Of a DNA stretch of 64,000 bases, positions 37,833 to 51,756 are shown piece after piece. The position numbers were made by a program, and so were the translations under genes. The stretch comes from Octopus sinensis (taxonomy: Eukaryota): NCBI RefSeq assembly GCF_006345805.1, contig NC_043020.1, positions 434,001 to 498,000 on the forward strand. Direction: 5' to 3'. The notes under the pieces were generated by a model. It saw nothing but the letters and a program-made list of their open reading frames with translations. It made no database searches and was not told the DNA's origin. Every line of letters begins with the position of its first letter. Position 1 is the first letter of the stretch.

Positions 37833-38067
37833 TAAGGCGGCAAGCTGGCAGAAATGTTAGCACACCGGGCGAAATGCTAAACGGTATTTCATCTGCCGTT
37901 ACGTTGTGAGTTCAAATTCCGTCAAGGTCGACTTTGCCTTTCATCCTTTCAGGGTCGGTAAATTAAGTACCAGTTACGCACTGGGTTCAGTGTAATCGAC
38001 TTAATACCTATGTGTGTCCTTGTTTGTCCCCTCTATGTTTAGCCCCTTGTGGGTAATAAAGAAATAG
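37833..38067 (+). mobile_element. SINE family C
   Basis: Full-length, collinear with 8019-8255. Confidence 0.85.
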
Positions 38068-38240
38068 GTATGAACACCAGGTGTGTCATAAGGGCCCAAA
38101 ATTTCTCATGGCTTCAGAACATGATTTAAAGAGATGATTTATGGACACATTCCACCTACCTCTGCTAGTGTTGCTCAACACAGGGCGGGATTTAGTGGCC
38201 ACTGGTACCATATTAAACACCAATCCATCTTAATACTTAC

Positions 38241-38291
38241 TTTGATGTTGTTGGCAGACAGACGCAACATGAAATTCAGGACCTACCAATG
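38241..38291 (-). CDS. Candidate 51-nt exon (phase 1-1), xLVGPEFHVASVCQQHQ
   Basis: Acceptor tctctgttctccaatag, donor AAA|gtaagt, single open frame. Confidence 0.25.
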
Positions 38292-39151
38292 CTATTGGAG
38301 AACAGAGATTTCTGGCAGGGTGTAGTGAAATACATCAACATTCTGGCAACTGCTGCCACTACCAATATAAGAATCAAACTCTTCTGCATTCAGTTTATCT
38401 AGTTGTATTCTGTGTTCAATTTTTGCGTAGTTGTATACCTTGCATATATTGCTGTCTTATTTGACGAGGAAATGCTAAAATGATGGCATAATGCCATCGG
38501 TTTAGGCAAGGTAGGTGAGTTAAGGTAATGAACTGGCAGAACCGTTAGCACTTTGGACAAAATGCTTAACAGCATTTTGCTTGTCTTTACGTTGTGGGTT
38601 CAAATTCCGCTGAGGTCAACTTTGCCTTTTATCCCTTTGGGTGGATAGGTGGGACGAAATAAGTACCAATTGAGCACTGGGGTTGATGTAATTGACTAGC
38701 ACCCTCCCCCAAAATTTCAGACCTTGTGCCAACAGCAGAAAAGATTATGGTGAGAGAGGACTCAGCGACTGAGTTAATGTGATTAGTAAGGGAACCTGAG
38801 AGAGGGGCAGCACAATGTTTACTATGTGCCATAGTAACAGTGGCAATTGATGAGAAGTTCCAAGGGTCAGGAGCTGCTCTAGTAGTGGTAAAAAAAAGAC
38901 CAGAGTGAACCAACAATAATTGTTATACATAGCTTCACATTCTAATTTCTTCTCGTGATTATTCAGAAATGAAAATATGACTGAACATAGACATGTTTTC
39001 AAGTAAGTTTTCATAGCTTAATTTCTAATTGTTGCTGTTCTGATATAGTTTAGCCTTCATCCGAAAATACCTAAAATATAAGGGCGGTCTAAATGTGACC
39101 ACCCTACTGTTTTCTTTTCTGTCTTTTCTTTTAGGGTGTATTTGTGAAGGT

Positions 39152-39415
39152 TCGTGGCCTAGTGGTCAGGATGTTGCTCTCGTGATCGCAAGATCATGGT
39201 TTCAATTTCCAGACCGGGCAAGTGCATTGTGTTCCTGAGCCAAGTACTTACACATTATTCCAGTTTATTTAGTATATGAGTTCCAGCAGTAACCGAGAAG
39301 TTAACCCTGTGACAGACCAGCATCCCATTCAGTGGGGAGGGTCGTAAACTCAGTCACTTCTGCATTATGGAAACTGGGTTAAACTTCAGCTTTACAAGTC
39401 CTAGGGCTCAGGACA
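39152..39415 (+). mobile_element. SINE family F (tRNA-derived head), diverged
   Basis: TGGCCTAGTGG A box, GTTTCAATTTCC B box; 3' CCCTGTGACAGACCAGCATCCCATTCAG resembles the tail of 28024-28334. Confidence 0.55.
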
Positions 39416-40194
39416 GACCCATCTAAGTGTGCATTTAGTACTCCATTATCAGAACTTTATGTAGGATGATAAAGTGTTGGTTTTCACCACACTTTTTTAA
39501 AATGCTGGGCTTCGTTTATGCCTTTTCATAGAACAAGACAGTGAAAATCCACTTCCATGAACTCCAAGAGTTATTTATACCAAACCAGAACCAACAGCAA
39601 GATATGCTTTTAAAAATGAGTGGACACACATACACACGCATCTGTGTGTGTGTATGTGTGTGTTTGTATGCGTGCATGTTTGGTTATTTCTCTATATTAG
39701 TGAAAATAAGCCAGCATTATCCTCTGCTGAATTAGCAAAGAAAGCCACCAGACATGGAAGCGTAATAATGTGTGTGTGTGTATTTGCGTAGTTGTTGTAT
39801 ACCTTCCATGTATTGCTGACTTTTGCAGTTTTCCATGACCCTGTTCTTTACTCTGACCCCTGTAAGTGGCCAAAACCCCCAGAAATGTTTTATTAATGTT
39901 TTGTGTTGTGCTAACTCGGTTTACTCTACAACATATACACCATATGTACATTCCGTCCTCCCCCACCCTACTACAACTACTACCACTACTACTACTACTA
40001 CTACATAGTGCCCTAATGTAACATCACACATTGCATCATCTTACCATTTCTGTATTCACAGATTGTCTGTGCCACCGCCATCACCACCACTCTTCCCCCC
40101 TCCCCTCCTCGTGACCGATTCTCTGCCCAAACAAAATTATATCAACACCCATCACCACTTACTTTTCCTTTCACCATAATATACAGACACAAAC

Positions 40195-40402
<208 letters not shown>

Positions 40403-41324
40403 AGTACCACTATATTCAAAAGTCATGGCTATGCTCACCCCTCGTCCCCACCCACCCACACTCATACACTATTACCTCAGCTTACCCCTATTGTTACCAC
40501 CACGAACACCATAACAATGTGTGTGTGAGACAGAGAGGGAGATGCCTCTCTCTCTCTCTCTCTCTCTCTCCTGTGCAAATTGTTGTTGTTGTCATTGTTG
40601 TATGTATTAAAAGCCCTTTCTCGCTTTTAATTCAATATCCATCCTCCTGGAAACAAGCTTTGAGGCCTGTGCATATATATCTGTATGTGTGTGTTTATGT
40701 GTGTGTGTGTCTGTGTGTGTGTGTGTGTGTGTATGTATGTGTGATGCATCACATTACACTTCCAGCGCCGCCACCGTCACCTCCTCTAATGAACAACGGT
40801 TTTCCACATTGTAAGCACTGACTATAACTGATAGTTTCTGATTCGGAATCAACTCGATGCATTATGTATGAGAAATAATAAATGTTAAACTGCAAAACTG
40901 AGTTAAAAACAACCAACAATAACAACAACCAACAAAGATTTTATTTTACAACATTAAAAAAAAAAAATGACAATAAAGTAAAATAAAAAAAAAACAACAA
41001 AAAAAAACAAAATAAACAAGCAAGAAAAACAAAAGTAAACAATTTGAAAAATATACAAGAAGTAAATTTCTGATTGAATTTCTAACTTTATTTGTTATCT
41101 TATTTATATCTATTTACATGTGTGTTTGTGTGTGTGTATTTACATGTATAGACATGTATGGATAGGTGGATGGATGGATGGGGATGGATGGATGGATGTG
41201 TGTGTATTTCAATTTGGATAAAAATCTCCAATTAGCTTTCTGCTAAGGATAGGAGCTTCAATGAGGTGGTTGTTTGTTTTGTTTTTTTTTTTTTTTTGTC
41301 ATTTTTATTTACAGTTTTGTTTAG

Positions 41325-41648
41325 GGTATATAAATACATACACACACATTTATATACATACATATGTATGTATGTATGTATGTATGTATGTCTATGTGCA
41401 TATGTATGTATGTATGTATGTATGTATGCATATTTATGTTTGTGTATATATATACATGTATGCATATTTATGTTTGTGTGTATATATATATACATGTATG
41501 CATATGTATGTTTGTGTATATATATACATGTATGCATATGTATGGTTGTGTATATATGTATGCATATGTTTATGTGCATGCATAATGTTTATGCAATATA
41601 AAAATAAAATGTGTGTATCATGCACATGTAGTGTGTGTTTGCACTATA

Positions 41649-41702
<54 letters not shown>

Positions 41703-41735
41703 CACAACACAATATGTATGTATGTTTGTCTTTCT
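41325..41735. repeat. (TATG)n/(TA)n microsatellite with about 34-bp higher-order units
   Basis: ATGCATAT(T/G)TATGTTTGTGTATATATATACATGT-type unit repeated three times. Confidence 0.9.
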
Positions 41736-43639
41736 TTAAGGGTTTTTTTTTTTATCTTCTTGTGTTATGTATGTAGTCCCTCTGAATATTTTGTTTTCAA
41801 TGCATCATAATCTCTTTTGTTCAAACTGCAGCAGCAATATCTGTGCATTGACGCTGAAAAGTGTTCGCCACAACAAGGAATGTTACAGCATCTTTCATAT
41901 TAAATATTTTTATTCCCGTATTTCAGCTTGTCTAAATTGAAAAAAAAAAAAAAAGAAAGAAAAAAAAGACAAAATTGTGTTGGGGGACAAAAAATGTATG
42001 TAAAAAAAAAAGAAAGTAGAGAAAAAAAAATAAAACTATCTTATTTTGCTGACTCTTTTCATTTTCTTCTATTTATTCCCCAGTATATCTATTTCTCTCT
42101 CTATCTCGCTTTTTCCCCCCTCTCATGGTATTTCTCTTCCACAACACCAAATTTTCCCTCTTAAAGTTTAAAAATAGCATTAATGTTTGTAGACAACAGA
42201 TGTTTAAATTTATTTCACCAGTTTTCATAGCGAATCAATGGATTTGTTGATCTATGTTGAAATTTTATGAAGATCTTGGGGTCTCCTTTTAGAATGCTTT
42301 ATAAAACTATTTCCAGAGCCACCATCTCCAGCTCGGAAATAAAATTCACAAAAATTTGTGTGATTCTATTCATATATTTTTTAGGGCTTTTTCTGTTATT
42401 CTCTCTCTTCTTTTTTTTATTATTTTACATTGCTTTATTTTTGTTCTTTTCCCTATTTTTTGCTTTAATTTTTTTTCTTTCCCCTCTTTTGTATAAAACT
42501 ATTTTTGGTTATGTTAAAAACAATATGAGGTAATCTGGAGAATAATATTTCAAGAATTGTGGCTGTCTATCACATCATGAATATTGTTTGGCTTCTTATT
42601 ACTGCCATTAATTCCATAAGTTTTGGTTGGTTGGCTGACTGGTCGGTTGGTTGGTTGGTTGGTTGGCTGGCTGGCTGGTTTGTTGGTTGGTTAGATTTTT
42701 TGTTTTTTTCTCTCCTACCCCTGCTTCCTCTTTGCGATGAATCAAGCTGAACTTGGTGGAGTTTCATAGGATTTCATGCTTTTTATATAACGCTAATTTG
42801 TAAATAGTAAAGAACCATTCTTTCTTTTTTAATTCTTTATCTTTCATTTTCCTTTTTACGGTGAATATATTCTTGTCTTTGAACAAACAAATAGATAGAA
42901 ATATGTAGGCAGTTAAAGGTCTTATAATGTTAAAATATAGACTGGAAACCAGTCTTAAGCTCAGATATTTTAAGATAATTTTTCCTTATTTTATCACAGC
43001 TACAAGAAACCCCATCGACGCTTTTACATAACACCTGCTTCCTCTGTTGTGATGTACAGCTTTCATTATTGAATAATGGTTTAATAAAAAGAATTGGAAA
43101 ACAATTTTTCTTTGAAGAGAATGATTGATTAAAATATTTCTTAAACATGAGGTAAAAACACTAAAAAAAAAAAAAATTGAAATATTTGAAATTTCTTAAC
43201 AGCAGAATGTAATTATCAGTTGTTTTAAATATTTTAATTCTTTCAAAAAGATTCTAATTATATTCTGAAATGTGGTTATGACTTATGAAATTATTTTTAA
43301 ATAAGATGTCCCTGAAGAAATTCAACAAAAATTCAGAAGTTGTGTTTCTTGCTTTTCTTTTCTTATCAGAGCTATTTTTATGTGAAATTGTTAAACTTTG
43401 TTGAGGTGGTTGTCCTTTGTTTTATTTTCCCAACTTTAGAATTGTTACTATTGGAAACAAAAATGTTCTTATTGTCCATATAGCACTAGTGAATATCAAT
43501 TTTGGAATACTGCGGTCAGATAGAGATTTGTATGGTTAGTCTCAGTCTCAAAACGTGTTAGTTTACATGGTGTCCATTCATCGTCATCATCTTCCATTCA
43601 TTTACTGCAATCACACTATATCAAGACATGGTATGAGAG

Positions 43640-43858
43640 AGACACACACACACACCCTCACACACACACACACACCCTCATATACACACACCCTCACACA
43701 CACACCCTCACACACACCCTCTCACACACACAGCCTCATACACACACACACCCTCACACACACACAGCCTCATACACACACACACCCTCACACACACATC
43801 CTCACACACCCTCACGCACACACACCCTCACACACACACACACACACCCTCACACACA
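43640..43858. repeat. (CA)nCCCT minisatellite
   Basis: Repeated CACACACCCT-type units. Confidence 0.9.
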
Positions 43859-44029
43859 GGCACTGATACGATGGGCTCCTGTCAGGTTCTGTCTATCAAA
43901 TCCATGCACAAGGCTTTGTTCAGCCTGGAGTTATAGTAGAAGACACTTGCCCAAGGTGCCTCACAGTGGCACTATAATCCCCAAACCAAATTGGATGGGA
44001 AGCAAAATTCTTACCACACAGCCAACACC

Positions 44030-44259
44030 TATTTCTTTATTACTCACAAGGGGCTAAACATAGAGGGGACGAACATGGACAAACATAGGTATTAAGTCGA
44101 TTATATCGACCCCAGTGCATAACTGGTACTTAATTTATCGACCCCGAAAGGATGAAAGGCAAAGTCGACCTCGGCGGAATTTGAACTCACAATGTAACGG
44201 CAGCTGAAATACTGCTAAGCATTTTGCCCGACGTGCTAACGATTCTGCCAGCTCGCCGC
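44030..44259 (-). mobile_element. SINE family C
   Basis: Reverse-complement full-length copy next to a SINE-A 5' half (about 43865-44028). Confidence 0.85.
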
Positions 44260-44628
44260 TGTTGGTCCCCTGAGTCTGTAACCCCACCATGGGCATAAAC
44301 ATCTTATTAAGATGTTCATACTGACGCTTATGAGATAAATATACTTAGCTAAATGAAGATCTAATTGAGAGAGAAGAAAGAATGACAGTGTAAAATCTTT
44401 TGTCGCCACATTTGATAAAGGCAAGAATTATCTCTCTAACTAACCCGTTATGGAAACATATATGAGAAGAGAGTACCACAGAATTATGATTTTCAAGGTA
44501 CAGAGGGTTTCATGTAATATTTTGATGCATCGTTCACTCACCTTGATACCAACACACCCATGACCACCCCTGCCTTAACAATCTGAAAACTTCCATTTCA
44601 ATATGTTCATATTTAAATTTAAGCTCTC

Positions 44629-45221
44629 TTTTACTCTTTTACTTGTTTCAGTCATTTGACTGCGGCCATGTTGGAGCATTGCCTTTAGTCAAGCAACTCG
44701 ACCCCAGGACTTATTCTTTTGTAAGCCCAGTACTTATTCTATCGGTCTCTTTTGCCGAACCGCTAAGTGACGGTGACGTAAACACACCAGCATCGGTTGT
44801 CAAGCAATGCTAGGGGGACAAACACACACACACAAACATATACACACAAACACATACACACACATATATACAACAGGCTTCTTTCAGTTTCCGTCTACCA
44901 AATCCACTCACAAGGCTTTGGTCGGCCCGAGGCTATAGTAGAAGACACTTGCCCAAGGTGCCACACAGTGGGACTGAACCCGGAACCATGTGGTTCGTAA
45001 GCAAGCTACTTACCACACAGCCACTCCTACGCCTATGTATATATATATATACATATATCCAACGGGTTTCTTTCAGTTTCCGTCTACCAAATCCACTCAC
45101 AAGGCTTTGGTCGGCCCGAGGCTATAGTAGAAGACACTTGCCCAAGGTGCCACGCAGTGGGACTGAACCTGGAACCATGTGGTTCGTAAGCAAGCTACTT
45201 ACCACACAACCACTCCGACGC
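44629..45221 (-). mobile_element. SINE family A, full copy (44629-45033) plus a tandem duplicated 5' half (45063-45221)
   Basis: The two 5' halves are nearly identical, including GGTTCGTAAGCAAG. Confidence 0.85.
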
Positions 45222-45725
45222 CTCCATCATAACTCCATGCACAAACCTTTTGTTGAGTTATGTTCCAAACAGCAGATTAATAACGAAGAAGTCAGTTATT
45301 TTTCATAATTCTTCTAAACTCTTGATTATTTTTAAATAATTTAAACACATAGGAAGTGTATTTCATTAAAAATTATTGTCACAAAAGGATTAATAACAAC
45401 TTGAATGGTGGTCGTGGTGGTGGAAAGAAGCAGAAAGGCAAGTGTTGTGAATGGATTTCATTAGCTTTAGGGTACAGATAGCGAGTTCATTTAAAACACT
45501 ACAATATTTGATGGTTGGAATAATCCTTGCAATGAGAAAGTATGACAATACACTAGAGTTTCGAAATTTTCACAGAGAGAGAGAGAGAGAGAGAGAGAGA
45601 AGAATGAGAAAGAACTCATCCATTGGTTTGATCACTACTTTCTTAATGCACCGTGACTAACACGTGAGACATGAGCTATGCTGTAGTCATCATTATAAGA
45701 TAAATATATGTGTGTGTGTGTGTAT

Positions 45726-45937
45726 CTTTTACTGTTTTACGTGTTTTAGTCATGTGACTGTGGCCATGCTGGAGCACCGCCTTTAGTCGAGCAGCTCGAC
45801 CCCAGGACTTATTCTTTGTAAGCCTAGTACTTATTCTATCGGTCTCTTTTGCCAAACCACTGTTATGTCATCAGTTGTCAAGCAATGTTGGGGGACAAAT
45901 ACAGACACACAAACATATACATACACACACACACACA

Positions 45938-46000
<63 letters not shown>

Positions 46001-46179
46001 TATATATATATACACACACAATGGGTTTCTTTCAGTTTCCGTCTACCAAATCCACTCACAAGGCTTTGGTCGGCCCGAGGCTATAGTAGAAGACACTTGC
46101 CCAATGTGCCATGCAGTGGGACTGAACCCGGAACCATGTGGTTGGTAAACAAGCTACTTACCACACAGCCACTCCTATG
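45726..46179 (-). mobile_element. SINE family A
   Basis: Full-length, with an expanded central CA/TA tract. Confidence 0.85.
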
Positions 46180-47002
46180 CCTATAATTTGTATAATTTGT
46201 ATATATATAGATATATTATTAGTATTATTAAGGCAGAGAGCTGTCAGACTCATTAGCACATGTTTGGTGACATTTCTTCCTGCTATTTACGATCCGAGTT
46301 CAAATTCCACTAAAGTCAACATCACCTTTCAGTCTTTTAGGGTCAATTAGATATATAAGTACTAGTTGAGCACTGAAGCTGATGTGATCAACTTCCTCTT
46401 CCCCTCCCCCAACAATTTCAGAGCCTTGGACTGTTGTTGAAAGAATCATTGTTGTTGGTGGTGGTGGTGGTCAGTAGTGGCAAGCTAATTGAATCATTAA
46501 CGTGTTGGGCAAAATGGTTAGCAGCAGTTCTTGCAGCTCTTTTCATTCTGAGTTCAAATGCTACTGAAGTCGACTTTGCCTTTCATCCTTCCAAGGTCAA
46601 TAACACTAGTACCAACTGAGCTCTGGGGTTGAACTAATTGATTATTCTTTCGCATTATTATTGCTGGCCACATGCCAGAGTTATCAATTTAGTAGTTTAT
46701 CAGTTTAGTCAGTGACCTGGGTTCATGTAAGCTGCAACTGTATCACTTCAGTTATTAAGTCCCATGGAAAAATATTGAATGTCATAAATTCTTATTTGCC
46801 CCTGCACTTTCACCCACCTCCTTCACTCTTGCTTCCACCATAAGATTTATAAATCTTAGGTTTCACATGAAACAGTCAATATTTATTTGTCTCAAGCAAG
46901 TATGATATATAGGAAGTCAATTGAATTACTTTTTCTAATCATATACATCTATCAGTAGCTAAATTTATTTAACCCTACTGACTTGAGTTACATAGAAATC
47001 AG

Positions 47003-47038
47003 AAAGCCGAGCGTGTAGCTCTTTCCAAGCTATACTTC
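47003..47038 (+). CDS. Candidate 36-nt exon (phase 0: KAERVALSKLYF)
   Basis: Branch-like CTGAC upstream, acceptor aaatcag (or catag at 46995), donor TTC|gtaaga. Confidence 0.25.
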
Positions 47039-47431
47039 GTAAGATTAGGCCGAGTTCAGTATGACAGGCCAATGGCAACCTTATCAGGAGTAATTGTGCT
47101 GTTCAAAAGTTTACTACTCTGCAACAAAAATATTCTGGTTTTGATCTTACTGTGCAACCATACAAACCATTTGGGCTCATATCTTTTTGCAGTGCCTGAA
47201 ATTTAATGTGAAATTTGATAAACAAAAGTGTGCGGAATCTCATCTTGTGTGTGTATAGGCACTGTTTTGGCCGTGTTCTCGAGATGCTTACTTCCCAACC
47301 ATTATATCTCGGTTTCAATCCTACTTCATGACACCTTGGGTAAGTGACTTCTACTATAACTCTGAACCAACCAAGGCCGAGTTAGTGAATTTCGTAGATG
47401 GAAACTGAAAGAAGCCTATCATGCATATATA

Positions 47432-47646
47432 TTTCTTTACTACCCACAAGGGGCTAAACATAGAGGGGACAAACAAGGATAGACAAAGGGATTAAGTCGA
47501 TTACATCGACCCCAGTGCGTAACTGGTACTTAATTTATCGACCCCGAAAGTATGAAAGGCAAAGTCGACCTCGGAGGAATTTGAACCCAGAACATAACGA
47601 CAGACGAAATACCGCTAAGCATTTTGCCCGGTGCGCTAACGTTTCT
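47432..47646 (-). mobile_element. SINE family C nested in the microsatellite of a SINE-A head (about 47265-47420)
   Basis: GCCTATCATG(C/T)ATATAT duplicated on both sides. Confidence 0.85.
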
Positions 47647-47727
47647 GCCTATCATGTATATATGCATGCATGTGTGTGTGTGTATGTATATATATATATA
47701 TAGTATATATATATATATATATATATT

Positions 47728-47878
47728 ATTGATAGAAATGGTAAGACAACAAAAGAATGAAAGAGACCTCGATATTATGTAAGTAGAGGAATATATCTGT
47801 AAATGTAATATGTGACAATTATTCGGTAGCCATGATAAAACTCCGAGTTTCGGATTTCCATCTCGGCATCCGAAACTC
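47728..47878. mobile_element. Internally deleted copy of the 60385-60739 palindromic element
   Basis: Collinear with 60391-60516, then jumps to 60667; residual 11-bp stem GAGTTTCGGAT/ATCCGAAACTC. Confidence 0.85.
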
Positions 47879-49814
47879 AGATGGATGTGGATGTATTTGA
47901 GTGTTCCCCTTGTCTTGACTTCATGTGATGGTTGTAATTGAGTGCCACCATCATTAAAGGCGATGTTCTTTCCAGTCTTCTATGCAAAAACATGTTTGGC
48001 CGTGGAGAAACATTGTGTTGCTTGGAAACAGGTGAAGGTTAGTGACAGGAAGGGCATCCAGCAATAGAAAATCCTCCTCAGAATATTCTATGTAACCTGT
48101 ACAAGCATGGAAAAAGTGAACATTAAGACAATGTATCAATGTCAGTGAAGGGCCAAGTGGACCCTTTAGACTTGGGAATATAGCTTTTATTGTGCCGAGG
48201 CCATGATATAAAATACTCCCTGTTTTGCACTCTGTAAAGGGTTTGGTGTTAGGAAGCGTATCCAACCATAGAAACTAAACCAAAAATTAAACTTACAAAT
48301 GAGAGAGAGAGAGAGATGGTCCTTCAACTCATCCAGGTGGACAGTGACTCCGCATAAGAATTGACTTGAACTCTGTCAACCCATCCTGCTCATGCTAGCG
48401 TGGGAAAACAAATTGCAGGTACTGAATGCTGGTGGTGTCAGTGGTATATGTACTTGTATCTGTGTCAGCCAGAAATCACTGTTATATCAGTGTAATATTG
48501 GGCTATTTATTTTGAGTTTCACTGAGTGACTCACCAGTCACTAATTACCTGTAGCCACTAATTAATTGGACATGTATTTTCTACCTATAGCCTCACACTG
48601 ATCAAAGACTTATGAGTGGATTTAGTAGACAGAAACTATTGAAGGTAGACCTCATGTGTAGTTGGCTTCTTGTTATCTCAGCATTTGCTCGGCCACTGGT
48701 TTTGTAACTGATTGCACTGGGAAGTGGGCCCAGTGCTGGGAAACACTTTATCCACTCGGAGCAAATTCATGCAGGAACTTCAACTCAATGTTTGAAAGTT
48801 TAGGAAGTGGTCTTACTTGGCCACGTGTTAACTTCTATCGTATAAAAAGTGTGTGTGTGTGTGTGTGTGTACCTCGTTATCTGAGATTGCATCATAGTTG
48901 TAAATGATTGTGATTTTCATGTAAGCTTTGTCATTCATTTCAAATATTCTGCATAAACATGTTTGGCCATGAGGAAATATTACCTTGCTTGGAAACAGGT
49001 GAGGGTTGGTGACAGAGAGAGCATCCAGCCGTTGAAAATCTGCCACAATAAACTCTGTCTGACCATGCAAGCATAGAAAAGTGGATGTTAAAACGATGAT
49101 GATGTTTATTGTGTTCTATCTGTCTGCAGTGGTTCCTATTTATTAAATATGTGAACTGAACCGTTGCTTAGTGTCAAAGACAGTGTGCAAACTGTTGAAC
49201 CTTCCACTGGTAATCTGACATCTTACTGACTCAATATGCAAATCTATTTGCAATATTTGCATACTGCACAACAATGTCGCAAATAACTATTTCTTACATT
49301 GATATATGATTTCATTGATACAATTTCAATTTCAAATTGTTTCTTTTGTCGAATATCTAAATTTGGACAACCATCCAACCCACACACTACATTGAAAGAA
49401 ATAAATGGATTTGAATGCACTTTAGCATATATGCATATGTGAATATGCATTTGTGTATATTTGTGTGCATGTGCTTGCACCTGCACACAACACACATGCA
49501 AATGCATGTGCACACATGCATGGACGCAAACATGCACGTGCGAATAATGTACATTCATGCAAACACACGTGGTCGGATAATACACTATTGTAAAGTGACG
49601 CAGCTTCATGTTTCAACAGTTACAAAAGATGCATTTATATTTGAAGTGAATGGCACCTTTTAAATTGATCCTTAAGCAAGCTTCTTCGGCTTAACTATAT
49701 TTGGTATCTGGTTGAGATAGCTTTGGAAAAGTCAGCACGTTTCCTTCCTTTCCTCCTTTAAAGGCACCATACCAATTACAAAACCGAATACAACCAGTGC
49801 ATTGCAATTTGCAG

Positions 49815-49850
49815 GAACATCTTGATGGGGTTTCCATTCTAAGAACCTTG
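49815..49850 (+). CDS. Candidate 36-nt exon (phase 0: EHLDGVSILRTL)
   Basis: gcattgcaatttgcag| ... TTG|gtgata. Confidence 0.25.
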
Positions 49851-50099
49851 GTGATACATTATTCATTCTTACTTCCACTTCATTCACACATATTCTTATG
49901 TACATTGACACTTCAAATAGATATGACATGTGCATATATCATGTTCACTTATAATCATTAAATATGTGTATGTACGTGTGTATATATATGTATGTATGTA
50001 TGTGTGTGTGTGTATATATATATATATAATATATATATATATATATGTATGTATATATATATATATTTGTATGTATGTGTGTGTGTGTATATATATATA

Positions 50100-50220
50100 T
50101 CATCATCATCACCGTTTAGCGTCCGCTTTCCATGCTAGCATGAGTTGGGTGGTTCAACTGGGGTCTGGGAAGCCAGAAGGCTGCACCAGGCCCAGTTTGA
50201 TCTGGCAATGTTTCTATGAC
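50100..50220 (-). mobile_element. Family B retroposon 3' end
   Basis: (CAT)n then GCGTCCGCTTTCCATGCTAGCATG. Confidence 0.75.
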
Positions 50221-50665
50221 TGGATATATATATTTACATACACACACATATATATATACACGCACACGCACATTCTCACACGCCATCGTTGTCATCGTTC
50301 TATGTCCATATTCAATGCTGGCATGGGTAGGATGGCTCAACAAGTTCCAGTGTGTGGAGTGACTGTCTCTTGTTCCATTGTCTTAATCTTGACTTAGTTT
50401 CTGCATTTGGATGCCTTTCCTAACCCCAACCAGTTTCAATATATTCCAAATAATTACGATAGCAGTAACAATTGGTGAGAGAGAGAGAAATACCTACGAA
50501 ATAACTATGAACATCATTGATTCAGTAGAGGTGGCCTCTGAACAAACAAAAAAAAATCGAATTTCTGCAGCAGTTCAAAAATTCAGATTTATGGTTTAAA
50601 GCTAATCTCAGACTGGAAAAAATATTTCCCCCTTAAACATAACAAGCTTGTCTTAACATGCAAAC

Positions 50666-50891
50666 TTAACCCTTTAATGTTCAGATTACTCTGTTAAATG
50701 TAATAATTTTTCACTCAAATTGTTTTGAATTAATCATGCATTATCTTATAGCTTTGAGGTTTCAATGATGTGATTATTTTTTTAATGACATTGTAGGTTA
50801 GGTGTGAGAGGCTAGATATGGCAGAATTCAAATATAAAACATGTAGAATATATTGGGCCAGATGTGGCCGGTTTAAACACTAAAGGGTTAA
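50666..50891. mobile_element. piggyBac-type MITE-1
   Basis: TTAA|CCCTTTA ... CTAAAGGG|TTAA. Confidence 0.85.
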
Positions 50892-51377
50892 ACATAAGAG
50901 ACGTCTGATACACTTATTGTAAGAGCCATTTTGGTATTAGTTTGCTCTTTCTAAAATTGACCACTGTATCTTGAAAGGAGCCAAACCAAATTCAGTGGTC
51001 AAACGTATTTTGACACTCATTAAGGACCTGCTTTCTGGATGTCTTAATGAATTTTTGTGTAGATTAAATCTTGTCTTGAAGCAATTTTCTGTTGCCCTAA
51101 ACAGACGTTATAGAATGAAGCCCAGAAAGGCTCTGTGGTTTAACCTGCCTTTCAGAATGAATAATGAATAAAGACAGATGTAGCCAAAGAGATTATTGTA
51201 CTTTGTGTCTAAGTATTTTCCTGGAGAGTGCAGGCACTATGGAATATTCAGTAGAAGCTACTTTTGTTGCAAAAATTTTACCTGAGTGATGATCAAGCAT
51301 AATGTGGAAAGATTCTGAAGTTACTGCTTGGCCAAAGGATTAGTATATAAAGCTAAATTCCTGGTTGATTATATCCT

Positions 51378-51756
51378 TGGTCTGGCTGTGTGGTAAGAAG
51401 CTTGCTTCCCAACCACATGGTTCCAGATTCAGTCCCAGTGTGGAGACACCTTGGGCAAGTGTCTTCTAGTATAGCCTCGAACCAGCCAAAGCTTTGTGAG
51501 TGGATTTGGTAGATGGAAACTGAAAGAAGTCCATTCCTGTGAGCATGTGTGTGTCTTTGTGTCTGTGTTTGTCCCATCACTACCACTTGACAACCGGTGT
51601 TTGCATTTGAGTAACCTAGCAGTTTGGCAAAAGGGACCAATAAAATGAGTACCAAGCTGAAATAAGTACTGATGTTGATCCATTCAACTAAAAATTCATA
51701 CGGTGGCCGGCCTAGTATGGCTTCGGTCAAATGACTGAAACAAGTAAAAGAATTAA
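51378..51756 (+). mobile_element. SINE family A, diverged
   Basis: Collinear head and tail. Confidence 0.75.
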
